Shown: piece after piece, positions 40,533 to 50,499 of the stretch | Position numbering within the stretch: position 1 is the stretch's first letter | How the letters are laid out: each line of letters begins with the position of its first letter | Assembly (NCBI GenBank): GCA_965202805.1 | Contig: OZ241869.1 | Coordinates: 3,552,001 to 3,616,000, forward strand | Reading direction: 5' to 3' | DNA length: 64,000 bases | Source of the DNA: Longimicrobiales bacterium | GTDB lineage: Bacteria > Gemmatimonadota > Gemmatimonadetes > Longimicrobiales > Gaopeijiaceae | Notes under the pieces: generated by a model | What the model saw: the letters and a program-made list of their open reading frames with translations, nothing else | Told to the model about the DNA's origin: nothing | Database searches by the model: none | Made by a program: the position numbers and the translations under genes

Positions 40533-41264
40533 ATGGGAGAACCCCGCGGACGATCGGTCGACCTGGCCGGCCGGTCCGCACTGGTGACGGGCGCGACCAG
40601 CGGGATCGGCGCCGCATGCGCGCGGCTGCTGGCGTCCGCCGGGGCGGATGTTTTTCTGGTGGCGCGGCGGCGCGACCTGCTCGCGCGCACCGCGGGCGAG
40701 ATCGGCGCACACGACCTGCCGGCGGATCTCGCCGACGATCGCCAGGTGGAAGCCATGTCGGCGGAGGTGTCGGCGCGCCTGGGCGGCTCCCCCGATATCC
40801 TCGTCCACTCGGCGGGCGTGTTTTCCCTCGCCCCCCTTCACCAGACCGATCCGGAGGATCTGGACCGCAGCCTGAGCGTCAACCTGCGCAGCGCCTTTCT
40901 CCTGGCACGGGCCTTCCTCCCCGGGATGCTGCGCCGCAATCGGGGGCAGATCGTGCTGGTGGGATCGGTGGCGGGACGTACCGCGTTTCCCGACAACGGC
41001 GCCTACTCCGCCTCCAAGTTCGGGCTGCGCGGCATGCACGAAGTGCTCCGGGAGGAGACCCGCGGGACGGGCGTGCGGACCTCGCTGGTCGAGCCGGGAG
41101 CGTGCGACACCCCGATCTGGGATGCCATCGACCCGGAACGCCACCCCGGGCTTCCGCCGCGCGACGCCATGCTCGAAGCACGGCAGGTCGCCGAGGCGAT
41201 CCTGTTTCTGGCCACCCGCCCCGCCACCGTCCAGATCCCCCTTCTGCAGATCGAGCGCGCGTGA
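40533..41264 (+). CDS. SDR oxidoreductase, possibly sepiapterin reductase-like
   Basis: TGATSGIG, YSASK, PGACDTPIW. Confidence 0.85.
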   Translation: MGEPRGRSVDLAGRSALVTGATSGIGAACARLLASAGADVFLVARRRDLLARTAGEIGAHDLPADLADDRQVEAMSAEVSARLGGSPDILVHSAGVFSLAPLHQTDPEDLDRSLSVNLRSAFLLARAFLPGMLRRNRGQIVLVGSVAGRTAFPDNGAYSASKFGLRGMHEVLREETRGTGVRTSLVEPGACDTPIWDAIDPERHPGLPPRDAMLEARQVAEAILFLATRPATVQIPLLQIERA

Positions 41265-41301
41265 CGCGGGCGAATCTCGTCGGCCTGCGTTGCCGAGATT
41301 C

Positions 41302-41937
41302 ATGAACCCGCAGCTCACCGAGCGCCTGATCTGTCCGCGTTGCGGTCCCGGCTTCGGCCTGGTGCTGCGTGCGGACCAGGTAGAGGAGGGAAGCGTGATC
41401 GACGGCTTTCTGGGCTGCTCCAACTGCCGGGTGCTCTATCCGGTAGCGCGAGGCGTCGCCGATCTTCGTCATCCCCCGCGCTCCCGGACCCATGGACGCG
41501 TGCGCGGCGTCCGTCCGCCGCCGCCGGACGCCTCCGCTGCCGAGACGCTGCGCCTTGCCGCGCTGATCGGCGTGGCCCGGGGTCCCGCGTCGATCGCGGT
41601 CGCCGGGAACCTGGCCGGCCGCGCGTCCGGGCTTGCGTCCCTGCTTCCCGATGTGGAGGTGGTGGCGCTGGCCCCGCGGTTCGACTTCCGTCCTCCTCCC
41701 GGGGCGAGCCATCTCATGGCGTCAGAACGGCTGCCGCTGCGCGACGGGTCGCTGGCTGGCATCGCGCTCACCGGGTCCTGGGCCGAACTTCTGCTCGACG
41801 ACGCAGCGCGATGCCTGGCGCGCCCGGGGCGGATCGTCCTTATGGGTGCGTCTCCCGAGGGCGAGCAGGCGTTTCGCAGCCTGGGCCTCGAGGTGCTGGC
41901 GAGCGAGGAGGGCGTGCTGGTGGGACGCCTCGACTAG
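41302..41937 (+). CDS. Trm112-like zinc-ribbon domain plus degenerate methyltransferase-like domain
   Basis: LICPRC..GFLGCSNC..YPVARGVADL; LPLRDGS and RCLARPGRIV. Confidence 0.65.
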   Translation: MNPQLTERLICPRCGPGFGLVLRADQVEEGSVIDGFLGCSNCRVLYPVARGVADLRHPPRSRTHGRVRGVRPPPPDASAAETLRLAALIGVARGPASIAVAGNLAGRASGLASLLPDVEVVALAPRFDFRPPPGASHLMASERLPLRDGSLAGIALTGSWAELLLDDAARCLARPGRIVLMGASPEGEQAFRSLGLEVLASEEGVLVGRLD

Positions 41938-42036
41938 CGGCGGACGGTGTTTGCTTCCCACCTCGACTGCGGGTAGTTTTCGCAGCCACTCGCACTTCCC
42001 GATCCCCGTCCTCCATCCCCCGCACCGACGTACGAA

Positions 42037-42477
42037 ATGGGTTGGATCAAAGGTCTTTTCCGGGGCTCCGGCCCGGACAAGACAGACTACCATGACGATG
42101 CGCGCGCTCTCGTCGAGGAGGGCAGGTATCAGGACGCGCTGAACTCCTTCAACCTCGCCCTGAAGGAGTCTCCCGGCGACCCGATCATCCTGCAGGAAAT
42201 CGCCATGGTCTACACCCGGATCGGGATGTCGGACGAGGCGGCGAAGACCTATCGCCACGTGTTGCGCAAGCATCCGGATACGGCCGGGGCTCACTACGGG
42301 CTCGGCTTTCTGCTGCGGCGTGCCGGACAGAAGAGGGCCGCCGTCGATCACCTCAGCACGTTCCTCGCCAACCCTCCCCGGGGACCCGAGTACGAGCAGC
42401 ACATCTCTCATGCGCGCAGCACACTGGCGACGCTGAAGCGTGAACTGGAGCAGGGGGTTGCCGATGGGGATGGATAG
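42037..42477 (+). CDS. TPR-repeat protein
   Basis: GRYQDAL, EAAKTYRHVL..PDTAGAHYGLG. Confidence 0.8.
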   Translation: MGWIKGLFRGSGPDKTDYHDDARALVEEGRYQDALNSFNLALKESPGDPIILQEIAMVYTRIGMSDEAAKTYRHVLRKHPDTAGAHYGLGFLLRRAGQKRAAVDHLSTFLANPPRGPEYEQHISHARSTLATLKRELEQGVADGDG

Positions 42478-42907
42478 GGAAGTTCGCCTCTCCTGGCTGG
42501 GCACGGGCCGGGCCTACGAGGGGCGGTCCGGGGTTGGCGATCCGGCCGTCACCATCGATGGGGACGGCGCCCGCGGGCCTTCTCCCATGGACACGCTGCT
42601 GCTGGGCGTCGCGGCGTGCATGGGGATCGACATCCAGGAGATTCTGCGCAAGTCGCGGGTGCCGCTCGGGGAACTGGACTTCGTCGTCCGGGGCTCTCGC
42701 GCGGAAGATCATCCCCGCCGCTACACCCGCATCGACCTGGACGTCGCCGTCTCCGGACCCCGACCCGGGGACGCCGCGCGGGTCGAGCGCGCGGTCGAGC
42801 TGTCGCGCGACAAGTATTGCAGCGCCCTCAACTCGCTGCGCACCGACATCCGGGTCACGACCCGCATCCGGAACCGGACGCCGGCTGCCGTGCCGGGGGT
42901 GTCGTGA
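42470..42907 (+). CDS. OsmC-family protein
   Basis: GPSPMDTLLLGVAACMGID, AVELSRDKYCS. Confidence 0.88.
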   Translation: MDREVRLSWLGTGRAYEGRSGVGDPAVTIDGDGARGPSPMDTLLLGVAACMGIDIQEILRKSRVPLGELDFVVRGSRAEDHPRRYTRIDLDVAVSGPRPGDAARVERAVELSRDKYCSALNSLRTDIRVTTRIRNRTPAAVPGVS

Positions 42908-44709
42908 GTTCCGCCACGCTCACCAGCCTGTTTCTCGAGGCGGTCGAGCGATTCGGCGGCGCAACCGCGCTGAGGGCTCCGAATGCCGACCTGACCTGGT
43001 CGCGGATCTCGTATGACGAGGTGTTCCGAACCACCAGGGCGGCGGCCAGCGGGCTGCGGGCCCTCGGGATCGGGCGGGGCGAGGCTGCGGCCATCCTTTC
43101 CGCCAACCGCCCCGAGTGGGCGGTCGCCGACTACGCCTGCCTGTGCGTTGGCGTCCGCGACGTCCCCATCTATCCCAGCCTCACCGCGCCCCAGATCGCC
43201 TACATCCTGCAGGATTCGGGCGCCCGGGCCGTCTTCGCCGAGGACGATGTCCAGCTCGCGAAGCTCCTGGAGATTCGGGACCAGTGCCCCGAACTCCGCC
43301 ATATCATCGTCTTCGATGCCCCCGCCGAAATGCCCGCAGGCACCGTGGCATGGCGGGATTTCGTGCAGCTCGATCCCCTCGGCCTGAGCGACGAGGCGTT
43401 TCGGGAGGAAGCGCTCGCCGCGCGGCCCGAGTCGGTCGCCACGATCCTCTATACGTCGGGCACGACCGGGAACCCGAAGGGCGTGCTGCTCACGCATGCC
43501 AACGTCGGGTCCAACGTGCAGGTCTGCCGCACGCTGCTCGATGTCTCCGACACCGACAGCACGCTCAGCTTCCTGCCCCTGTCGCACGTCTTCCAGCGCA
43601 CGGTGGACTACGTCTTCTTCAACGTCGGGTGCACCATCGCGTATGCGCGCGACATGACGACCGTGGCCGAGGATCTGAAGATCGTCCGCCCGACCGTGGC
43701 CGTCTCGGTTCCCCGGCTGTACGAACGGGTGTACAACGCGGTGACCGGGGCGACGGGCGTGAAGGGGCTGCTGGTGGGCTGGGCTACGTCGGTGGGGCTC
43801 GCGTACGCCGACGCGGTGCTGGAAGGGGGCGATCCGGGGTGGTGGACGCGAACCCGCAAGGCCGTGGCCGACAGGCTGGTGTTCAGCAAGCTGCGCGCGG
43901 CGGTCGGCGGACGGCTGCGTTTCTTCGTAAGCGGCGGCGCGCCCCTTGCGCCCGGAATCAACAGGTTCTTCTTCGCCGCGGGGCTTCAGATCCTCGAGGG
44001 ATACGGGCTGACGGAGACCAGCCCGGTCACCAACGTGAACACCTTCGAGAACTTCCGCATCGGCACGGTCGGCAAGGCGGTGCCGGGGACGGAGATCCGC
44101 ATCGCCTCCGACGGCGAGATCTGCATTCGCGGGCCGCAGGTCATGAAGGGATACCTCAACCGGCCCGAGGAGACCGCCGAGGTCATCGACGAGGAGGGGT
44201 GGTTCAAGACCGGCGACATCGGCGAGCTCGACGACGACGGCTTCCTCCGCATCACCGACCGCAAGAAGGACATCATCGTGACCGCGGGCGGCAAGAACAT
44301 CGCGCCGCAGCCGATCGAGAATGATGTCAAGCTCGATCCGTACATCGAGCAGGCGGTCATGGTGGGCGACCGGCGCCCCTTCCCGTCGCTCCTGGTGGTG
44401 CCCGACTTCGAGCAGCTGAACCAGTGGGCCGCCGCGAGCGAGATCGACGCGTCGGACCCCGGGGCGCTGCTCCGCGACGGGAGATGCCAGGAGTTCCTGG
44501 GGGGCAGGGTCAAGGCATCGCTGGCGAGTCTGGCCAGCTTCGAGACGCCCAAGAAGACAGCCTTCCTGGCGACGACGTTCACGATCGAGGACGGGACGCT
44601 GACCCCGACCCAGAAGGTCCGGCGGCGGAACGTGGAGGAGCGCTACGGCGCGCTCATCGAGTCGCTGTACGACAAAGCGAACGTCGACCGCGACTGGTTC
44701 GCGGGCTGA
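42904..44709 (+). CDS. Long-chain fatty acid-CoA ligase
   Basis: YTSGTTGNPKG, EGYGLTE, GWFKTGDIG, ITDRKKD, LTPTQK. Confidence 0.92.
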   Translation: MSSATLTSLFLEAVERFGGATALRAPNADLTWSRISYDEVFRTTRAAASGLRALGIGRGEAAAILSANRPEWAVADYACLCVGVRDVPIYPSLTAPQIAYILQDSGARAVFAEDDVQLAKLLEIRDQCPELRHIIVFDAPAEMPAGTVAWRDFVQLDPLGLSDEAFREEALAARPESVATILYTSGTTGNPKGVLLTHANVGSNVQVCRTLLDVSDTDSTLSFLPLSHVFQRTVDYVFFNVGCTIAYARDMTTVAEDLKIVRPTVAVSVPRLYERVYNAVTGATGVKGLLVGWATSVGLAYADAVLEGGDPGWWTRTRKAVADRLVFSKLRAAVGGRLRFFVSGGAPLAPGINRFFFAAGLQILEGYGLTETSPVTNVNTFENFRIGTVGKAVPGTEIRIASDGEICIRGPQVMKGYLNRPEETAEVIDEEGWFKTGDIGELDDDGFLRITDRKKDIIVTAGGKNIAPQPIENDVKLDPYIEQAVMVGDRRPFPSLLVVPDFEQLNQWAAASEIDASDPGALLRDGRCQEFLGGRVKASLASLASFETPKKTAFLATTFTIEDGTLTPTQKVRRRNVEERYGALIESLYDKANVDRDWFAG

Positions 44710-44740
44710 GCGGGCGCTCCGCGAGTCACGGGAGCTTCGG

Positions 44741-45094
44741 GTGTCGGATGCGCACAGGGTGGTGCTGGTTTCCACGCCGGGAGCCGAAGCCGGACGGCAG
44801 CTGGCCCGCGTCCTCGTCGAGGAACGGCTGGCGGCCTGCGGGAGCGTGGTGCCGGCGGTGACGTCGGTGTACCGCTGGCAGGGCGCGGTGGAGGAGGAGG
44901 AAGAGGCGCTGGTGGTGCTCAAGACGGCGGCCGACCGGGTCGCGGCGCTGACGCGGCGGACGCGCGAGCTCCACCCCCACGAAGTCCCCGAGATCCTCGC
45001 TCTTCCCGTCTCGGCCGGCAATCCCGGATATCTGGAATGGGTGATCGAGGAGACGCGCGCCGCGCCCTCCGGGGGCGCCGAAGCGCAGACCTGA
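44741..45094 (+). CDS. cutA: Divalent-cation tolerance protein CutA
   Basis: LVEERLAAC, SVYRWQG, HPHEVPEI, YLEW. Confidence 0.92.
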   Translation: MSDAHRVVLVSTPGAEAGRQLARVLVEERLAACGSVVPAVTSVYRWQGAVEEEEEALVVLKTAADRVAALTRRTRELHPHEVPEILALPVSAGNPGYLEWVIEETRAAPSGGAEAQT

Positions 45095-45188
45095 TGGACA
45101 GGCTTCCCCGCGTGGCCCATATTGGTGCCTGCGTCGGGGGGTTCACCTCCCGCTTCACGAACTTCAAACCGCTCGCGCGAGGGGCAAC

Positions 45189-45335
45189 ATGAGCTGGGTG
45201 CCTGGCGGCTACATCTTCACCCACGTGGTCTTCTGGGGCGTGGTGGCGCTGGTCGCAGTGGGGACCAACGCGGTCGCGATCATGATGGTCACCGGTCTGA
45301 TGCTCCTTCTGGTGCCGGAGTCGCTCAGGCGCTGA
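45189..45335 (+). CDS. Small hydrophobic protein, 48 aa (not in the ORF track)
   Basis: MSWVPGGYIFTHVVFWGVVALVAVGTNAVAIMMVTGLMLLLVPESLRR; GAGGGG RBS. Confidence 0.5.
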   Translation: MSWVPGGYIFTHVVFWGVVALVAVGTNAVAIMMVTGLMLLLVPESLRR

Positions 45336-45357
45336 GTACGCCCCGGAGGAGAGACGA

Positions 45358-45591
45358 ATGCTGCTGAAGATACTGGGCGGCGTGCTCGCGCTCGCACTCG
45401 GGATCTTTCTGGGGCTCTCCTTCGGCAGCGGTCCCACGGTGGAAGAGGTCGAAGAGCGAATGGGGAAGAACCTTCCCCGGGAGCGGGCCACCCGCCACTT
45501 CACCTTCCTCGGCCTGATGCAGAAGAAGCAGCAGCGGGGGTCGCACCGGCGCCGTCAGAGGACCCGCGGGCCGTTCGACCTGTCCAGGTAG
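45358..45591 (+). CDS. Small single-pass membrane protein, 77 aa
   Basis: GGAGGAG RBS, N-terminal TM helix, basic tail. Confidence 0.6.
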   Translation: MLLKILGGVLALALGIFLGLSFGSGPTVEEVEERMGKNLPRERATRHFTFLGLMQKKQQRGSHRRRQRTRGPFDLSR

Positions 45592-45640
45592 GCCGAAACA
45601 TCCGCCGCCTGCGCGCGGCCTCTCCGTCGCGGCCCACCCC

Positions 45641-45730
45641 GTCGTACCGCGAGCTTCCCGGGCGCCGCGCGTCGTACCGCGAGCTTCCCGGGCGCCGCGC
45701 GTCGCACCGCGAGACTTCCCGGGCGCCGCC
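45641..45730. repeat. 30-bp tandem repeat, 3 copies, intergenic
   Basis: GTCGTACCGCGAGCTTCCCGGGCGCCGCGC twice exactly, plus one variant copy. Confidence 0.9.
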
Positions 45731-47298
45731 TATCCCACCAGCCGGGTGACGAGCACCAGCACGGTGCCGATGATGCCCCCGAGCACGTAGCCCAGGCGCA
45801 CGATCAGCTTCAGTTCCCGCTCGGTCACGCGGCGCACGATCTGTTCCATGCGCGCGGCGGGAAACGCCAGCACCTTCTCCTCGACGCGCCGCGCCACGTC
45901 GATCTGCCGAACCACCGCGGGCACCTGGGCCTGCAGCCACTCCCAGACCGGCGCGCTCAATCCCTGCTTGAGGCGATCGGCCGCACCGTCGGGGAGCCAG
46001 CGCGCGGGCACTCCGATGGGGCGGTCGAGGACGGTGTCGACGAGTTGGCGGGCCGTGCCGTCGATCAGCCGGGCGGCGCCGTCGCTGCGGGCGAGCGAGA
46101 CCAGCCCGCCCGCGATCGAAGCGGGAGGCACGCGCTCCAGCACCTCGCCCCAGCTGCGCGCTCCGGCTTCGTGCAGGGCGGCCTCGAGCTTTCCCACCAG
46201 GAAGCTGCGTGTGGCGGGATCGCGCGCGGTCGAGGCCACCCAGTCGGCCACCGTCCGGCGCGCCGCCACCACGCTCTCGCTGTCGGCCTCGCCCAGCACC
46301 ATGTGGACGGGACGGCGCAGGAAGTCGACGACCGCGTCGTTGATGCCGCGCGACATGGCCGCCTGGACCGCGGGATCCTTCAGCATGCGCGCGATCTGTT
46401 CCGCCCCCTCCTCACGGATCGCGTCCAGCACCCGTTCGACGGTGTCCTCGGTGATCACCAGGCGCGCCACCACCCGCTGGTGGAAGCGCAGGTCGCGCAG
46501 GAAGCGCTGCAACAGGTCGTTGATGCCCCGTTCGAAGCGGGCCCGCGCCCGATCGTCCTCGAGCAGGGAGCCGAGTCGGGCGATCGCCAGCGGCAGGTAG
46601 TTTGCGAGCCCCCGTTCGAACGCGGCCACCATTCCGGGCGGAATCGTCTGCTCGAAGGTCTTTTCGGGAGAGAGCAGCGAGCGGGCCGCCGAGGACAGGT
46701 AGTCGTCCACCGCCCGGTAGAAGCCGTCGCTACCTAGCGTGCCCTCCATCCATCCGTCGAGCGCGGACGCCAGCGCGGCGCTGCGGGCGGGCGTGAGCGC
46801 CCCGCCGATGGGCACGTCCGAGAGGGCTTCCACGATCGATCCGGCGCGGTCCGCGACCGCCCGTTCGAACTCCTCCGAGTCGAGCCAGGCCGCGATCTGC
46901 TCGCGTGCCCTGTCCGCCGAATGGTGCAGCGCCGATTCCACCTCGGGCAGGATCGACTCCGGCAGCATCTCGCGGATGGAACCGCGCTCCTCCAGGAGCA
47001 GCACGTCCACGAACTCGCCCAGGCGCCGGTCGAAGGCGCGCCGGAACTCTTCGTCGGCGAACGTCCGCTCCAGGTCGGATTCGGTGAGCAGACGGTTTCC
47101 GACCGTTCGGCCGACGGCCGCCGCCAGGCGCGGCTGGTTCTTGGGGATGGCGCCCTGCAGGAAACCGATCTTCCGGCCTCGGACGCGCAACGGCTCGTAC
47201 GGGTGGAAGAGCATCCAGATCGCGACCGAGTTGGTCAGCCCGCCCGCCAGCGCACCGAAGGCGATGGTGAGCAGCGGGGCGATCAGGTTCTCGAGCAA
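45730..47298 (-). CDS. DUF445-family membrane protein
   Basis: GGLTNSVAIWMLFHP, GAIPKNQ, ELKLIVRLGYVLGGIIG. Confidence 0.85.
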   Translation of the reverse strand: MLENLIAPLLTIAFGALAGGLTNSVAIWMLFHPYEPLRVRGRKIGFLQGAIPKNQPRLAAAVGRTVGNRLLTESDLERTFADEEFRRAFDRRLGEFVDVLLLEERGSIREMLPESILPEVESALHHSADRAREQIAAWLDSEEFERAVADRAGSIVEALSDVPIGGALTPARSAALASALDGWMEGTLGSDGFYRAVDDYLSSAARSLLSPEKTFEQTIPPGMVAAFERGLANYLPLAIARLGSLLEDDRARARFERGINDLLQRFLRDLRFHQRVVARLVITEDTVERVLDAIREEGAEQIARMLKDPAVQAAMSRGINDAVVDFLRRPVHMVLGEADSESVVAARRTVADWVASTARDPATRSFLVGKLEAALHEAGARSWGEVLERVPPASIAGGLVSLARSDGAARLIDGTARQLVDTVLDRPIGVPARWLPDGAADRLKQGLSAPVWEWLQAQVPAVVRQIDVARRVEEKVLAFPAARMEQIVRRVTERELKLIVRLGYVLGGIIGTVLVLVTRLVG

Positions 47299-47311
47299 GG
47301 GGTAATGCGCC

Positions 47312-48256
47312 TCAGGGTGCGCGATGGTAGAGGACGCCGCGCACGCGATAGGGGATGGTCTCGATCGTCATCGAGCCTTCCACTTCGGAGATGGCGATCA
47401 GGGGCAGCTGCGGACCCGGCCCCTCCCCGGCCTCCACGTGCGTGCTCATGGCCTCGATTCTACCCGTTATTTCGGCGTCGGGCGACTGGAAGCGCCACGC
47501 GACCGGCACGTCGCGGCGGGCGGGCTCGAACGCCCTCGAGCGGGTTGCCGTCACGACCAGGTCCGGCCAGTCGAAGTTGCGCGCGCGCAGCGTACCCCAT
47601 CCCTGGAAGGTGGAGTCGGCGGCCGCGTCGAAGGGGCCTCGCAGAAACACATGGATGTCCTCGGAGATGAGGAACGCCCAGTTTCCGGGTGTCGCGTCCG
47701 AGGCCTGCCGGGCGAAGGAGATGTCGACCAGCGTCCCCGCCACGGCGGTCTCGGAGAGAAGGGTCGAGGCTTCCCTCACCTGGACCAGTTCGCCGGGACG
47801 ACTGCTCCATCCCGCCAGCGCGTCCCCGAGCCACATCTCAAGCTCCCGCCCGGCGCTGCGGTAGAGAAGCGCGGTCAGAGCGTCCCGTTCCGCCACGATG
47901 ATGCGGATGCCCTCGTGCGGGATGATGCGCCACGGAGCCCGGGTCGCGGGGGTCTCCCAGGAGGACCGGAAGAAGGCGTCCCACACCCCTCCGCGCGCCA
48001 GCGAGATGCGCGCCTCCCTGTCGACGGCGTCCTCGCGCGTGTCCGCGGAGAACGACCAGGCAACCACCAGCGGGGTTTCGTCCTCTAACGCGAAGAAGGC
48101 CAGGTGGCGCTCGTAGCGGTTTCCCGCGAGCGAATCCGGCGGGGCGAGAGCGGGATCCTCGACCCGGTCGCTGGCGGGGCTCCCGGGCTCGCCGGCGCAC
48201 GCCACGGTCAGCATGAGCGCCACGGCCGGCAGAACCGTCGGAGGAAGGCGATTCAT
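47312..48256 (-). CDS. Hypothetical lipoprotein
   Basis: Lipobox LTVAC, beta-rich body; fills the intergenic space. Confidence 0.6.
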   Translation of the reverse strand: MNRLPPTVLPAVALMLTVACAGEPGSPASDRVEDPALAPPDSLAGNRYERHLAFFALEDETPLVVAWSFSADTREDAVDREARISLARGGVWDAFFRSSWETPATRAPWRIIPHEGIRIIVAERDALTALLYRSAGRELEMWLGDALAGWSSRPGELVQVREASTLLSETAVAGTLVDISFARQASDATPGNWAFLISEDIHVFLRGPFDAAADSTFQGWGTLRARNFDWPDLVVTATRSRAFEPARRDVPVAWRFQSPDAEITGRIEAMSTHVEAGEGPGPQLPLIAISEVEGSMTIETIPYRVRGVLYHRAP

Positions 48257-48377
48257 GTTCCGGCGACCCCGGGACCCGAGCTTGACGTAACGCGGTCTCG
48301 ACCACCACGTTGCCGCCCGGGACGAGCCCGATCTCCCTTCAGGACGCCCATCCATCCCCTCCTCAGAGTAGATACCC

Positions 48378-49658
48378 ATGGAATACAATCCCGACCTTCC
48401 CTTCTACAAGCGGCTGCACTGGCAGGTCCTTGCGGCGATGATCCTGGGTTCGGTCGTCGGAGTCACCTTCGGCGAAGCCGGCGCCGAGGCGATCGGCTGG
48501 ATCGGCGAACTGTTCATGCGCCTGCTGAGGATGATCATCGTCCCGCTCGTGCTCACGTCGATCGTATCCGGAGTCGCGTCGGTGGGCGGAGGCCGGGCCG
48601 TCGGCCGCCTGTTCGGCAAAACGCTGGGATACTACGTGGTGTCCAGTTTCCTGGCGGCCTCGGTGGGGCTCCTGATGGTCAACCTCATCCGGCCGGGTGT
48701 GGGGTCCAACATCGTCGAGGCCTCCAACGATCCGATGCTGGTCGACACGCCGGACTCGTTCATCCAGCTGATCCTCGACATCGTGCCGATCAACTTCGTC
48801 GGTGCAGCCGGAACCGGGGACATGCTGGCGATCATCTTCTTCTGCATCGTCTTCGGCGCCGCCATCACGACCCTGCCGGAACGCCCCCGCGTCATCGTCA
48901 CCGACATCTTCGACGCCTTCTTCAAGGCGATGATGGCGCTCACGTCCGGCATCATCAAGCTGCTGCCGATCGGCGTCCTGGCGCTCATCACGAGGATGGT
49001 GGGCACGACCGGTTTCGACGCGTTCGGCACCCTGGCCAAGTACATCGCGACGCTCGCCTCGGGGTTGACGATTCACCTCTTCATCACGCTGCCGCTGCTG
49101 CTGTACTTCGGAGGACGTCTGGCGTCCGGGCGCCCCATCTCTCCGATCGTGCACTTTCGCAACATGCTCGAGCCGCTCCTGGTCGCCTTCTCGACCAGCT
49201 CGTCGGGCGCGACGCTTCCGGTCACGATCAAGACCGTCCGCGAGAAGGTGGGCGTATCGAACAAGGTGTCGTCCTTCGTGCTGCCCATGGGCGCCACGGT
49301 GAACATGGACGGAACGGCGGTCTTCGAATGCGTCGGGGCCCTTTTCATCGCCCAGGCTCTGGGCGCCGACCTCAGCTTCATGACGCAGGCCACGGTCGTA
49401 CTGACCGCGCTTCTCGCCTCCATCGGAGCGGCTGCGGTGCCCTCGGCCGGCCTCGTGGTCATCTTCATCGTGCTCGAGGCCATCGGGCTCGGCGGGAACG
49501 CGGATGCCGCCCTGATCGTCGGGGCCATGCTCGCGATCGACCGCCCGCTGGACATGGCGCGTACGGCGGTCAACGTCTACAGCGATTCGTGCGGCGCCGC
49601 CATCATCGCGCGCTCGGAGGGTGAAGAACACGTAGATGCCCAGGTCGCCGTCGGATGA
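48378..49658 (+). CDS. Dicarboxylate/amino acid:cation symporter (DAACS, GltP-like)
   Basis: AFSTSSSGATLP, GATVNMDGT, DRPLDMARTAVN. Confidence 0.93.
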   Translation: MEYNPDLPFYKRLHWQVLAAMILGSVVGVTFGEAGAEAIGWIGELFMRLLRMIIVPLVLTSIVSGVASVGGGRAVGRLFGKTLGYYVVSSFLAASVGLLMVNLIRPGVGSNIVEASNDPMLVDTPDSFIQLILDIVPINFVGAAGTGDMLAIIFFCIVFGAAITTLPERPRVIVTDIFDAFFKAMMALTSGIIKLLPIGVLALITRMVGTTGFDAFGTLAKYIATLASGLTIHLFITLPLLLYFGGRLASGRPISPIVHFRNMLEPLLVAFSTSSSGATLPVTIKTVREKVGVSNKVSSFVLPMGATVNMDGTAVFECVGALFIAQALGADLSFMTQATVVLTALLASIGAAAVPSAGLVVIFIVLEAIGLGGNADAALIVGAMLAIDRPLDMARTAVNVYSDSCGAAIIARSEGEEHVDAQVAVG

Positions 49659-49683
49659 TGCCGACCGGCCGCCGCCGACCCGG

Positions 49684-50499
49684 CTAGCGCCGCTTCCCCC
49701 GACTTCCGGCGCGTCGGACCCGGGAGCGGGATCCCCGTCCCCGTCCGCGGCGGGCGGATGCCCGGTTGCCGTCGGCGGCGCGGGGCTCGGCGTCGGGCGC
49801 GGTGACTGCGGCGGCGGGCGGCCTGAGGGCCGATCCGTCCCTTCCGCGGTAGCCGGCACGACGGCTCGGACCGCGGCCTCGCCGGCGGGCATGGGCGCGT
49901 CGAGAACGGGGTCCTCGCCCGCGGCCGTGTCGCCTGGGCTCCCGGGAACCCGGTCGGCTGATCCCCGGCCCATCGCCATCGCTTTCGACAACGGATCCGG
50001 CGACTTCCACGGATGCGGAATCATCCGCCGGGGGCTCGGCGTCCCCGCCGGCGTCCGCGGGGAAGGACTCCTCGCGAACCGGAGCCGGAGGCGTCCGGGA
50101 CCTGGTGACCTTCCGGTCCAGCGCGGCGACGAACGCGCCGATCAGCCGCGTGTTGCTGCCGAAGTCACCCAGCCGCCTGGAGCGCGAAGTCGAATGGAGG
50201 TCCACCCGCGTCTGCGCCTGCGCGTCGAGTGCGATGCGGATCGTCACGTCGCTCGCGCGGCGGGAGACGTACCCCCGCGCAAGGGCCTGGATGACGCCTT
50301 CCTCCTCGTCCCACCAGCGGGCATGCCAGCGCGGCAGGTCGCCTCGAACGAGGTCGAGAGCCGCATCCCATACACGAGAGAAGGGGATGGCATAGGTGCG
50401 GCCCACGAGACGCCGGTCGGCGGCGTCGGCCGATGTTCGGGCGGTAGTCGCCGAAAGCGCGCGCCTGAGACGACCTGTGATAGAGAGTTCCTGGCTCAG
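49684..50499 (-). CDS. DUF1499-like protein with disordered tail; probable CTG start
   Basis: GRTYAIPFSRVWDAA, SDVTIRI, RVDLHSTSR..GDFGSNTRLI; GGAGG 6 nt before CTG at 50499. Confidence 0.6.
   Translation of the reverse strand: MSQELSITGRLRRALSATTARTSADAADRRLVGRTYAIPFSRVWDAALDLVRGDLPRWHARWWDEEEGVIQALARGYVSRRASDVTIRIALDAQAQTRVDLHSTSRSRRLGDFGSNTRLIGAFVAALDRKVTRSRTPPAPVREESFPADAGGDAEPPADDSASVEVAGSVVESDGDGPGISRPGSREPRRHGRGRGPRSRRAHARRRGRGPSRRAGYRGRDGSALRPPAAAVTAPDAEPRAADGNRASARRGRGRGSRSRVRRAGSRGKRR

Noticed and set aside
45641..45730. CRISPR array
   Set aside because: Units are contiguous with no spacers, and there are no cas genes
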